From NCBI GenBank assembly GCA_030141605.1, contig JAQGDQ010000029.1:496001-560000 (forward strand): a stretch of DNA of 64,000 bases, read 5' to 3'. The translations under genes were made by a program, and so were the position numbers. The notes under the pieces were generated by a model that saw only the letters and a program-made list of their open reading frames with translations, was not told where the DNA came from and did not search any database. This stretch comes from Tubiluchus corallicola. Lineage: Eukaryota > Animalia > Priapulida. This document shows, piece after piece, positions 42,291 through 54,299 of this stretch. Each line of letters starts with the position of its first letter. Position 1 is the stretch's first letter.

Positions 42291-43323
42291 TGATATGATG
42301 TAATATCATGTACAAAGTGATGTTGAATTAAAGTCTGGCGTGTTTCTAGTAGAGCATTAACCGATAATACCTTTGACATAATCACCCACTAAAATTATGT
42401 GTGAGACGTGTTTTCTAAACTAGTTTTCCGCACATTTCGGTCAAATCCGTACTGCCAATACGTAATTCTGTATACCATATTCCCTCATATAAACTGCCAT
42501 CCCTTGGTTACTGTTATGGATACTAAATTATTGCGAAAACCGTTAAACCTTATCGATTTAAATGATAAGCACGTGTAAAAGTTTAATTATGAAATCCTAC
42601 CAATTTTGTGTTTATATTCAAGTGTGAGATCAAACATAAAGCATGAGGTAGAAGTGTATCTCCATGTAGGTTTCAGTGACTTCCAAATGCAAACTTTTTC
42701 CATCAAAGCATGTATTTATGTTGATGATGCCATGTCTTTAATTTAATTGTTCAACGAGTTTAGTGCTTATATTTATTTCAAGGAGTTTATCTTTTTTTTA
42801 GATAACCTAAATTATGCACTGAGATTTCATTCACAAATTCATTCATTAATTTAACAATCTAAATCATTAACTTTTTCATTTCTTTTTCTCTGTTATTTAT
42901 TTATTCATGCAGTCGTTTTAGCATTATTCTAAATTTGGAAGTAGAAATCAACAGCTCGTTTTAGCAGCGCTTTTTAAAATGTTAATCTAGAAGTGCTGTA
43001 CAATTTAAGTTTTGGCTTCTTATAGCAATGAAGCCAGAAATTTCAATATTGTTCAAGTTAGTGGTAAACAGCCCATTTGCGTATCAGGACTTAAGCATTA
43101 AACTTGAAGGGGCCAACTGAAATAATCTAAGGTCCTAATGTGTTACGACAACGCCACATTTCCCTTTCGCCTTGTGATCATTAAAACGATAAACAAAAAT
43201 TTAGCAGCAATTTCTTACCAATGCACGATAATAAGACCTTTTATTGAAATATATATTATGTTCAAATATTTTCAGCGAACATGAGCTCTGCTTACCTGCA
43301 GAACTCATGGTTTGGCTTCCTGC

Positions 43324-43330
43324 TATATAA
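43324..43330 (+). promoter_or_regulatory. TATA box of the myohemerythrin gene
   Basis: tatataa about 30 nt before an Inr-like gcatt, followed by a candidate 5'UTR intron gtaacc...tttcgcag (43372-43429). Confidence 0.55.
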
Positions 43331-43463
43331 TGGTCTGTATATCATATCTATAAGCATTTGGTTTGTCAGGGGTAACCTGTTTTGACGGAGTTTTGGTTTC
43401 ACTTATTTATTGTGTTTTTTGTTTCGCAGGACAGTCGTCCTTTGTGCACATTTTCCAGAAAAA

Positions 43464-44020
43464 ATGAGTTTCGAAATTCCTGAACCGTTCTGCTGGGATG
43501 AAAGTTTTCAAGTTTTTGTAAGTATGCTATTTAGTATAAGTGTGGTTGAAAATTCAATGTTACTGACAAACTGATATAGAAGTTTTGTCATCGCTTTTTA
43601 TTTTTAGTATGACAATCTGGACACGGAACATAAAGGCTTGTTCAACGGCATCTTTAATATGGCGAAAGAGCCATCTAACGAGGAAAATGTGAAAACGTTG
43701 TATAATTTGGTTACCGCTCATTTTAATGATGAAGAGGTTCGTAATTTTTTATAATTTTTTTAAATATTTTCAAGCTCGTTTATTACGTTAAACATAACGC
43801 AATTTCATACTTCATTTTGATATAAAAACATTTACAGGCATGCATGGAGAAGTCCAAGTATGAAGACTTTCCAGAACATAAAAAAGTACACGACGAATTC
43901 AAAACCAAAATAGCAGGTTTAAAAGCGCCAGTTGATGACGATACGGTACAATACGCAAAAAATTGGCTCGTCAACCACATCAAAGGGATCGATTTCAAGT
44001 ACAAAGGACGACTGGGTTGA
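43464..44020 (+). CDS. Myohemerythrin-like non-heme di-iron protein, 121 aa; exons 43464-43517, 43608-43736, 43838-44020
   Basis: [18 protein letters not shown]|[12 protein letters not shown]...TAHFNDEE|[21 protein letters not shown]...[18 protein letters not shown]. Ligands H26, H56, E60, H75, H79, H108 and D113 are all present; introns are GT-AG phase 0; aataaa at about 44064. Not in the ORF track. Confidence 0.95.
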
Positions 44021-44840
44021 AATTTTTGGCAGAACAGTTTTATTGACATGTTATCATCAGACAAATAAATTATAAATTTCGTTTTTCGTTACTGTAAGAC
44101 AAATAAATTCGTACTGTAGTCCACTTTTGACTGATCTGTAGTTTGAAATGATTTCTGTAACAAACTGTGGTAGCCACAAAACTGTCGTCGGTATACAAAA
44201 TGGCAACAAATTACGAAATAGCAACAAAATAACGACCAAAAATAGGGAATTTGGCATTATAACGAGGTAGTGTAGGCAGATACAGACGGAAAATAGCTTA
44301 TTGTTAATACAAAAAAACACTTCCTGTTGTAAATACGGGTATTTTAAAGCTAAAGTGAATAAATGCTCAGATTATTTTTGTTCCCTTGATCACGACAAAA
44401 AATTAATGATACAAAATGACAAAATTATGCGATTTCGTTACAACGCTTGAGTAATTTAAACCCATTACACACTTGTAAAACACGGCAACATAATGGCTGT
44501 TAATAGCAGGCATTACCAGTCTCATTTCAAATAATTTCCACCTCGCGTGACAATTCTGCCCAACCTGTCCTGCCTAAAGGTCTGTTGAATGCGAAGTAAC
44601 TGTTTCAATCTCATGTCAGTAGAATTTCCAAGCTGCAACATTGCCTCTCGCTTCGGGGTATTTCTAGACCTTATGTCACATACTAGAGAGAAATTTTACT
44701 CGTTCTCAAGTACCTCTGCATTTGAAGTAAAGTGGTTGAAGAAACTTGGAAAAAATTGTTGTGCGTTTGTGGTGTTGAAATTAATTTGTGTTTATTGGAT
44801 ACTAATATCGCCATATTGGATATTACTGGGTGCTTTAGCC

Positions 44841-45773
44841 ATGAATGGAAGCTACGAATTAGTACTACAAGAAAAACAAGCATCACTTGTCAGCACTGAA
44901 GCTACAAGCAAATCATTTGGTATCTATGGTTGGCGCAAGAAACTTCTTTATGCTTTGGTTGTCGTCACAGTAGCTACAGTATTTGCAAATCTTGGCTTGA
45001 TTGTTTGGTTAATCCATACATTGGACATCAATTATGAAGGCATTGGCAGTTTGCGTTTTAGTGACAATGGTTTACGTGTTTTAGGTGATTATAAATTTGA
45101 ACAACGCCCATCCGCTTCTGGGCTCATAGCAAAAGGTAGTGATGGGTTGCTGGTTAATACAGGTCGAAGTGTTTCAATTATATCAAGACGAGACTCTGAG
45201 AGTAATATAATAAGTGAAATGAATATTGGTGAGCATGCCGAGATTAAAACTGCACACTTTCAAATAACAAATGCCGAGAAGCAAACTCTCTTTTACGTTA
45301 ACAAGGAAGAGATGTGTATTGGACCAAATGGAATAAATCCAAAAACAAATAACTTTCGAAGTGCATTGCAAACAACAAACATAAAATCGCCATCCCTCAA
45401 AGACCTGCGTCTCAAATCCAGAAAACACGGTCTGCGAATGCAGGCAATAGATGGCGCGCGAATTAAAAGTAACGTATCTGATTTGTCATTGTCATCGCGA
45501 GACGAGATAAAACTGGAAGCAAAAAATGGAGTCATTGAATTGAACACACCAGAAATACAAATGATCGGTTTATATTTGAAAAATAACAATAAAAGACTTG
45601 GTGATGGAATGGAAATCACATCACGCCACAACAGGATATCAAGTCAGATCAAAGATTCTAGCGTTCACAATGACAAGACAGCTTACAAAATTTGTGTCTG
45701 TCATAATGGAAAAATATTTTTAACAGCATCGCACAACCAGTGCGTAGCGGATGAAACAGTTTGTAAAACTTAG
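44841..45773 (+). CDS. Gamma/delta/zeta-type sarcoglycan, intronless, divergent (310 aa from the MNGSYEL start)
   Basis: FGIYGWRKKLLY followed by a single TM helix, GIGSLRFSDNGLRVLG, a DLRLKS segment and the C-terminal Cys cluster YKICVCHNGKIFL...C...C. The ORF is open upstream to 44589, but homology starts near 44841. Confidence 0.88.
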   Translation: MNGSYELVLQEKQASLVSTEATSKSFGIYGWRKKLLYALVVVTVATVFANLGLIVWLIHTLDINYEGIGSLRFSDNGLRVLGDYKFEQRPSASGLIAKGSDGLLVNTGRSVSIISRRDSESNIISEMNIGEHAEIKTAHFQITNAEKQTLFYVNKEEMCIGPNGINPKTNNFRSALQTTNIKSPSLKDLRLKSRKHGLRMQAIDGARIKSNVSDLSLSSRDEIKLEAKNGVIELNTPEIQMIGLYLKNNNKRLGDGMEITSRHNRISSQIKDSSVHNDKTAYKICVCHNGKIFLTASHNQCVADETVCKT

Positions 45774-46299
45774 TTTTTGAAAATTTAATTTTGTAAAACT
45801 TTGACAATTTAATTTTGTAAAACTGTTTGATAAAACGATCCAAATTACTTTAAATAAACTTCGTTTGCCAGTGTTATTTTTGCTTATTTGTAGCACATGT
45901 TAATTATTTAAAAATTTTAATTTCGACAAGAGCACAATTTCGATTTCGACAATTCCGACTTAATTGTTCTTGTCGATAACTACAGGAGATGCCAACAATT
46001 CGGTACTGTTCAATTATTTGTCCTCTAATTGTCATTACCATCTTTCGTCCATCCAGTCATTCTTATTAGGGTTTCCATCTCCGTCTTGGGGACTTAAGAA
46101 ACTGCTGCACACACTTCATAGACAATGTGGTTTGCTAGGATGGTTAGGGTTGAAAAATAACTGTGCAAAAAATCCTGGTAAACTGTGATCAAGCCATTCT
46201 GCCACATGCAGACCTGCACAACATCTTCGGAATAAAAATGTACAAATAAAATGATATGATTTAAAATTTGACATGCCATTAAAATCACACGCCATACGC

Positions 46300-46650
46300 T
46301 CAGGGCCGGATTATCCTACAGGCTAGTATAAGCTGCAACCTAGGACCCCTCAAGTTTTTATAACATTAATTTTGGTAAAAAATCTGTTTTTGCTGTGTCG
46401 AAATATCTGTTAATTTGGTTTGCAATAAATAGTAAAATAATGGTATTTCTTCAAGAATATTTTTATTGACAAACAAAAGATGACTATTTTAGTTCGTTTA
46501 AAAAGATTTTGCAATAGGTTTACTTCAAGCTATGTAAATATCGCTAAAATATATCAAGAGTAAAAATATTCAAGATGGGTGGCGAGCAAGTTAAATGGGT
46601 TCGTCAGAGGGGGCTCATAATTTCGTTAACCTATAGGGGCCCCAAATGGT
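46300..46650. mobile_element. MITE related to the 9408-9701 element
   Basis: Starts cagggccggattatcctacaggctagtataagctgcaacctaggacccctcaag; cataatttc...ggggccccaaa near the right end matches the other copy. Confidence 0.6.
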
Positions 46651-47065
46651 TATACTATCACTCGCAATGCAAGTCCATATAATCTACATCCACATCTAAC
46701 TAAGTAGTTTCTATAAAAATGAGTGACGTCTAACAAAAAATTACCGAGCACGTTTTCATTTTTGATATTGTCTAGTAATATTATTCCACAGATGTCAAGT
46801 TTTGGAAACAACGTTTCCAAAAATTTGTGTTTTCAAAATTGCGACACTCAATTCTGACCAGACATACAAAGAAACTTGACAAGAAAAAACGGAGCAATAA
46901 ATGCTCCTCCATCCAGTCCTGGATCCAACAACTTGAAGGCCTGTATTTCAGGCGGACCACTAGCTCAAAAGGCAGCGAGCTCAAAAAGTGGATCGGACAT
47001 TCAGCTATCTAGTACCTAGGAGTGTACGGGACTAAAAGTGTACAGGTGGTGGTGGAGCAGCAGCA

Positions 47066-47085
47066 GCAGTAGTAGTAGTAGTAGC

Positions 47086-47178
<93 letters not shown>

Positions 47179-47198
47179 CAGCAGCAGTAGTAGTAGTA

Positions 47199-47286
<88 letters not shown>
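47066..47286. repeat. (TAG)n microsatellite
   Basis: About 70 agt units with a few interruptions. Confidence 0.95.
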
Positions 47287-47332
47287 TCTCCAGTAGTTAT
47301 AAATACCTACATCACTGATACTGTTAGAGATA

Positions 47333-48394
47333 TCATTCTATCACCTACCAAGCAGTATATTTTGCGATTTGACCCAGAAATTTTTTACACAAGCTTTAAA
47401 ACACAAAATAAAAACAACAACACCTCTGGCTGTTCTAAAGCTTGCATTATGCTGCAGCTGAAAGGTAACTCGCTGATTCATTTCTTTGAATATTTATATA
47501 TGGTTTGCTTTTCAGCTCATATTTGTACTCCAGAAGTTTTTTAACATTTTAGACTAGATTTTAACGCGAACAGTTCCTTAATTACAATACACGCGTATAT
47601 ATAAGTAATTCTAATGCAAGAGGCCTTTTGCACATAAGCTCCCATTGGTTTAATAATAATTTGTACAGGTGGCGGAACAAATGCTGTTAACACTATTCTG
47701 ACTGTACAAAAAATGCGGCGTCATCTATGGCTTTGACACTATAGAACCAGTGATTAGGGTAAGCTCACATTGCTCATATGCTGGGTCAGGAGAAGTGACC
47801 CATTTCATTTCCGTTTCTGGCGCATTAATTAAATCTTCAGTATAGGAATGCAGCATTTTCAACACGCTAGTCTATGCGTCAAGCAGTCAATACTATAAAT
47901 AAAATAGGAAATAGATCATGTGTTGAATCTCGCTGTGCTGTGCTCAGTTATTGCATGCGCTGTTAGCTCGCCGAGGCGCTACGTAGATCAGCGTAGTTAT
48001 TTAGCTGCTGATGCCCCAGTGGCCTAACGGATAAGGCATCGGCCTCCTAAGCCGGGGATTGTGGGTTCGAATCCCACCTGGGGTAAATTTACGTTTTGTG
48101 TTCAAGAAATAGCTTTTATCTTACATTATAAAGTAGTGTTAACATCTAGAAAGTTGTCATTTTGGAATTCTAAAGTCTGTGTTGAAAAACCTCTGGGATA
48201 CGACTTTAAAAGATATCGATAAAAAAAGTGAACCAAATTCAAAGAAAATAATCGAACAATTACTTTTCAGCTGCAGTATAATGCAAACTTTAGAACAGTA
48301 AGAGACGCTGTTGTTTTTTATTTGGTATTTCAAAACTTGTGCAAAAAAATTCTGGGTCAAAATGCAAAGTACTGCTTGGTAAGTGATAAAATGA
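47333..48394. repeat. Imperfect ~230-bp inverted repeat pair (47333-47560 and 48165-48394) enclosing tRNA-Arg
   Basis: tcattctatcacctaccaagcagta...tttgacccagaa...ctgttctaaagcttgcattatgctgcagctgaaa matches the reverse complement of tttcagctgcagtataatgcaaactttagaacag...ttctgggtcaaa...tactgcttggtaagtgataaaatga. Confidence 0.85.
48013..48085 (+). tRNA. tRNA-Arg (anticodon CCT)
   Basis: gccccag/ctggggt acceptor stem, A box tggcctaacgg, anticodon arm tcggc-ctCCTaa-gccgg, T arm gtggg-ttcgaat-cccac, tttt terminator at about 48094. Confidence 0.97.
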
Positions 48395-49464
48395 CCAGAT
48401 ATTGTTATGGCTCAACAAAGCAGTTTCTGCAGATTTACTAATTTGGCATTCCACACTTCAATTTACACTGGCTAGCCACGACAGCTGAAATGTTATTTAA
48501 TAAATTACCATAGTAAAAAATCTAGCAAATGAAAGCTGTATAATTATTCAAAGTGAAAAGAGCAAATTCATGCCTAGTGCTAAAAACTAGTATAATGGTG
48601 TCACTAATGATTAACAAAATAGGTTACCAGATTGAAAAATGTTGCACAAAATATGATTGTATTTTCTCTGCTTGCCTCACTTCTGCTGATTTTGTTTTAC
48701 ATTATGTGTAGACATGTTTTACTAGAAATTGTGATATTATGTGATACACTTGGTATTTTTAATGTTGTGCTGTTCAACTTACATATAATGAATTTTTTCT
48801 TTACCTTTTTATTGTAGACCAGATTTTTTCCAAATATTTAATTACACAGACAAAACAGAACATAAAATGTTTTAAATAAGTTGGTATATTTGGTATGTAG
48901 AATGTTTTCATTTACAGTAGTTTGGAATATTTATATAAAGTCAAATAAGCTGGTGACATGATCATAAAGTAAAAACACAGTTTTAACATTATAAAACATA
49001 TGGTTTTTCATCTTTTTATTTTTGCCTCTCCCTCCCTAGCAAATTTGCAGGTTCATTCTGTGACTGATATAGCAGTTAACAATTTTTCGTTCACACACAA
49101 AAACACAATTGTTTGAAGAAAATAGCATGAGGACAATGGAGGTAGAGAATAGTCATTTTGTCTATCAGAAAAGTGAAACAACTGAAAATTTTATGCCTTC
49201 ATGTTTACTTAGCTTTTCAGAAAATTCAATTATTTCAGATAATTTTGACAGTAGATGATCAAAAATTAGATCAATTAACTAGCTTAACTGAACAAATTTT
49301 TACAGTTTCCAGGACACGACAGAAATGCAAAGGAAAACCACCATTATCAACACTGTAAACAACTAAAACACGTATAATGGACAAATACATTGATGTTTTA
49401 CCGTGTTTAAGTCAAAAGCATAAATCAAATTGCAAATATTTTGTTACGGACTGAATATTTTCAT

Positions 49465-50268
49465 TTAAAGTTTGCGCTTCTTGGCTCTTGATAAACGGAC
49501 AGGTCGCAAATATGGATTATCTATACCCTCCACACCAGATCCACTTGTCTGTTCAGTATCATTTTCCACATCAACATCTTCAAATTTCTGATCCTTTGAT
49601 AATAATGCTGTCATATATGGCTTCATTGATTTCTGACATTCTATGAGTGGGAAAGCAGCAGGATCATCTTCAAACAATCCATGTACTTCGCCAGTTTTTG
49701 CAATGAATTTTGTCAAGGCACGCTCCACGTCGCGTTTTTGACTTGCGGCTTTCTCACGCAGTGATTCGTACTCAGAAGACATAAGGTAATGTGTAGCTGT
49801 TTTTATATAAGTATGTGGATCTGGAAATGGTGGAAGGTAATCTGGAATATGCAGTGGATGTTGAAGTTTTTCACCAATTTGCAGTGCCCTAGTGGTTGCG
49901 TGAGGTTTGACACTAACTGGAGCTACTGCCGGTCGACAAGGACTTGGACGTTTTATGTATTCTGGTAGACCTTCAATTCGTAATCCCATATCTACCATGG
50001 CGAGTACTATATCACCAATAAACGCTTCCGTTCGACCTGAGATTTCAGCATACAAACGCGAAGAATGGCCCAGTTCAGTTAACAAGCCTTGCAACATTTC
50101 CACTAATGTGTTCACTACGGTTCTATCAGCAGAATGAAATCCAGCTTCACGAGTTAATAAACACACCACAGACGACAGTACAACACGCCATGGATCACTT
50201 GTGTTGTCAGCATTAGCACTTGCACTTGTAACCAGTTTTTTAGTAGAAAGAGTAACTTCAGGCCCCAT
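49465..50268 (-). CDS. TAF8: TFIID subunit 8, intronless CDS (267 aa)
   Basis: Histone-fold region (EAGFHSADRTVVNTLVEMLQGLLTELGHSSRLYAEISGRTE), TAF8_C motif HIPDYLPPFPDPHTYIKT, YESLREKAASQKRDVERALTKFIAKTGE and C-terminal IDNPYLRPV plus basic NLS. The first ATG is at 50268. Confidence 0.96.
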   Translation of the reverse strand: MGPEVTLSTKKLVTSASANADNTSDPWRVVLSSVVCLLTREAGFHSADRTVVNTLVEMLQGLLTELGHSSRLYAEISGRTEAFIGDIVLAMVDMGLRIEGLPEYIKRPSPCRPAVAPVSVKPHATTRALQIGEKLQHPLHIPDYLPPFPDPHTYIKTATHYLMSSEYESLREKAASQKRDVERALTKFIAKTGEVHGLFEDDPAAFPLIECQKSMKPYMTALLSKDQKFEDVDVENDTEQTSGSGVEGIDNPYLRPVRLSRAKKRKL

Positions 50269-52519
50269 TATTTTATGCACAAGAAGAAGACTTTGCCCGA
50301 GAAAGAATTAACTCAAAATATCCACTGTATCTTGACCTTGTTTGTACTGACCCGTCAAAGTATATGTGAAAATTATCGCTTACCATTCAATACAAACAGA
50401 CTAAATTTGAACTGAAATCCATCTTTGAGACTGCTTGTAACAAATCCATCTGACTGCTTCATTAAACAGTCATATTCTTGGGACTTGGGATTACCATATG
50501 ACTATCTACAAATAAATGAAAAAAGTCACTGATTATTTAGTTTCATGAATTTGTTTTTGGTGACTCAAACACTGAAACACGAATCGTTGCAAGGGTAAAA
50601 CATGAACAAAATGAGTGAATCTGGTTAGCTCAAATTTTCTTGAGCTTAAGTCTGATATATCGTGACAGGCTATGCTTTTTGAATTTAATCATGTAATACC
50701 TATTTTGCTTACTTCACAGCAAATGCTTTAGTCTTATAGATAAGCCACAGAGTTTAACAAAGCAGGACAAAAATGTAATGCCAACCATTATTTTAGTACC
50801 TAAGCATATGTATCAATGTAACACATTGTCAACTAGCATAAGACTCAGCATATTTTTGCACTACATGTACACAGCCCTATCAAAATTGCCTATCAAGTTT
50901 ATTATGTATAACTTTTTTTATAAATAATGCTAAACAGTGCCATATCTATTTCACCACTCATGTTACCCACCCAAACACCCACAATAAATGACAGTAACTC
51001 AACCATAGCTGTAGAAATTAGCTTGAGATAGCAGATAATTTGACAATAAAAATTGTATTATTAATTTAAACATTGTTTATGAAATTAGAAACTTACTCTT
51101 CTCACTTAGCCAAGCTTCTATAAATTAACTTGCAAAAACTAATTTTTAATAGCTGCATGAGATTTAATTTTCACAAAGAAGTGAAATAATTAAAAACAAC
51201 TAACTAATCTGACACTAATAAATGTAACTAATATTTAACTCTCTGCATCGTAAGCTCTTTAGATCATTAAATGCAAAAACAGAATTGTCAGATGAATGAT
51301 TTTGTTGAAAGGAACAACATTTTAATATAATGCAATGTTACCTACTGGTAAACGATACCAGCTTGACCAGTTTTACTCTACAACTGGTTTGCAACTTCAT
51401 CCAGCATGACAGGGATAAATGCCCTAGTCAACCTTCCACATTTATAATCCATTTAACGCTGGTAAACAAATAATAAACATGTCAGTGGTTGACGTATCTT
51501 TACTTTTTTCAAAAGAACATAAAAATTGTTCTTACTGTTTCATTTGAAGTTGATGATAATCCAAAATTATGAACCTTTCCTATTCTACGCTTTCCTATAG
51601 ACATTAATGATCATGTAGGCCAATTGTACAATATGACCATTGCAGTTGAAATATAGTGCACAAAAATTAAAAACAGCAGTGAATCAAGGATAGTACATTA
51701 TAAAATAAATTTTTAATAACCTCGTCTAGTGCACGTCAGAGCATTAGCTACAAAAGAAAATTTGCAAATCACTGTTCTTTTAGCTACGTTGCTAAAATTT
51801 ATCCTTGCGATTTGCAAATTAAAGAAAATCAAAGAAATTTACACAACTGCCAAATTAATCGTAAAAAGTTCTTAGCTTTTTTAATAAGCAATGTAGTTGT
51901 TGCGACATTTCAGTGGTCTTTTTTTACGAACATAAGTTTGGGTATTACTGACATTTCAAGCAGCTGCTGCGGCTCATTTACCATTTCAAGCAGGCTGTTT
52001 TTGCATGCTTTGTACAAAACATGGTTAAATAAGGCGCGATAATATTTTCCTGTGAAATGTGACTGATTGATCAATTAATTTCCAAGTACATTCTACAGAG
52101 TAATGGCTACGGCTGTCATAATATAAAAAGGAAAAAAATCAGAAATTTCAATTTTAATGACAGCAGGCTTATCGTTGGTTAAAGTATAGTGTAGCGAGAA
52201 AGAACCAACTAAGTGCAAAACATACAAAATATCTGTACAACTGTGTATAATTTTTGAAATTCGACATGTTCAAGGAAAATGTCATCTTTGCCGAGTTTCA
52301 TTTTTGTTCCCGATCGTCAACTTGTAAATATCTACTGATTTAAATTTAAGAATAATTCTTAAACTTGAAAATATTTTTAATCAGCTAGGTAAGACCCAGG
52401 GTACATGTAAGAAATATTGTTTAGTTGAACTCATTGTTTCATATTAATTATAGGTAATGTTATACTAAACTGATTATTTAATTATTGAATCCTGAACTGG
52501 TTTGCACTCATGTACGTGA

Positions 52520-53849
52520 AGTCTGGTTCGAGTCGCAATTTGTTAAAGACTCGGACTCGACTTGGACTCGCATGTCGCTGACTGAAGATTTGACTTGGAC
52601 TGGAAAAGATGCATCACTGACTTGACTAGTGACTCGAAATGCACAAAAGTACAAAACAAACAATAATTACGTATGTTATAACTAAATAGCTACATTGTTC
52701 TTGCGAAAATATTTCATTCCTACATTTGGCCGGTGTTTGTTGTCTATAGCCATGTTTGTATTATGCCTAGAACATAAGTCTATAGGTTCGTCGGCAGTGT
52801 TTGCATACTACCTTCAGTTAAAAACTTTTCGGTGTTATTACGACATTAAATGTATCCTCGGCATTGCACAAGGAAAATTCAACATACATCTTAAACAGCT
52901 CTTTTAAAAGCAGGCTTTTTAAACTGGCTAATAAGGTATTCAGTTGTCCAGCTACTGATATGCCCATTAATTCAGCGGGTCTTCAGTCAAAGTTGTTTAT
53001 TAGTAAGAACACACAGGTTTGTCAGATCTTTGACATCACATTTCTTAAATGTAATAAGAAACATGAATAACTTCTTGTAGACTGTAATTAGTACAACTGA
53101 TTGTAATGCCATTTTTATGTTATATAGATCTACTCAATATAACATCACTGCAAAATTACTACCAAGTATAAAACCATTTGTAAAATAATGTGTCTTGCAC
53201 AGATAGTCTGATATATAGCAAAATTTAAAACATCAAGAGAACCCACTAAATTTAGTGCAGTAATAAGCAAAATAACAGCAAAATTAACAAGAATAATTTA
53301 TTACTATGAAACGGGAACTCAAAAATTGATTAAATCCTAGATAACTTTGACTTGAAACTTGATTTAAAGTTGAACTTGACCACACAAACTTGACTTAGGA
53401 CTTGACTCAGACATAATGACTTGAAACTCAACTCAGATTTGGGCCCAAGGACTCCAGACTTGATACGGACTTGGTTTAAACTGCATTTATTAGTACACAA
53501 AAAAACTGGAACAATACATACATGAACAGGTGAAATCTTATAATGGTACTAGGTGGTTGGCTAACAGGTCTATAAAAAATAACCTATGTGAAAGCCTCTC
53601 ACGTGGAGACAGTCACAGGATTAGAGGAAAAAAATGGCGAAAATTAGTGAGGGGCAGATGATATAGGGATATGATAGATGAGACAATGAAATGGATGAGA
53701 AATGATACAGACTTGGGAGAGAATGACTTGAGCTCGACTCAGACTTGGGTATCGTGACTCCAGACTTGACACAGACTTGGACCAGAACGACTTGGACTTG
53801 ACTTGGGACACGACTTGGACTTGAGCTGAAAGACTTGACTACAGCACTG
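52520..53849. mobile_element. Non-autonomous DNA transposon remnant with GACTT(G) subterminal repeats (hAT-like)
   Basis: Clusters of gacttg/gactcg at 52545-52640, 53345-53475 and 53705-53840, ending in gactacagcactg (reverse complement CAGTGCTGTAGTC); left terminus not found. Confidence 0.6.
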
Positions 53850-54299
53850 AATTAGAAAAAGACATCCTGAACTACAAATGTTGATTTCAAGCCAAGCTAA
53901 ATTGATTCTCTGCAATGAAATCCATTTATGTCAATTAATAAGTGACATTTCTCATTTGATACTGTACCATATGTTTAAATAATTGTACCACTTATCATTC
54001 GTATGTTGAATGTTTGTGCTTTTCAAGGTTTAAACAAATATTGCTCGAAAGTTTTGCTGGTACTATTCAGAATGAGAACTAGCTTTACGTCATGTTTTTT
54101 GTCATCAAATATTGATTTTAGTGAAAGCAGTCCCGTAAATAGGTGGGTAGGGGCCAAACATAATGTTGTGCCTAGGACCTTACAATGCTTTTAAGACAGC
54201 CCTGGTTCGTGCTTGCTCAACATCCTCGCCATGTACCTGGGTGCTATGTACTGCCTCCAATCATTCAAATGTGGGCATCTTAGATTCTCGGCATATTGT

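Noticed and set aside
41280-43440. Metal-response, hypoxia or iron-responsive elements for myohemerythrin
   Set aside because: A few TGCRCNC and RCGTG matches about 1-2 kb upstream are expected by chance, and no CAGUGN stem-loop is present in the 5'UTR.
47705-47825. Minus-strand Pol III small RNA ending in a T6 run
   Set aside because: No recognisable A/B boxes or similarity to snRNAs I know; only a small hairpin.
51342-51458. Exon frame with an internal TGA (VEG*LGH) as a possible selenoprotein
   Set aside because: No selenoprotein-like motif, and the downstream ATGA hairpin lacks the apical AA spacing of a SECIS element.
52545-53849. GACTTG arrays as a CRISPR-like array, and a possible exon at 52812-53081
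   Set aside because: Irregular short units without unique spacers in eukaryotic DNA; they fit transposon subterminal repeats. The exon has weak splice sites and stops in all frames.
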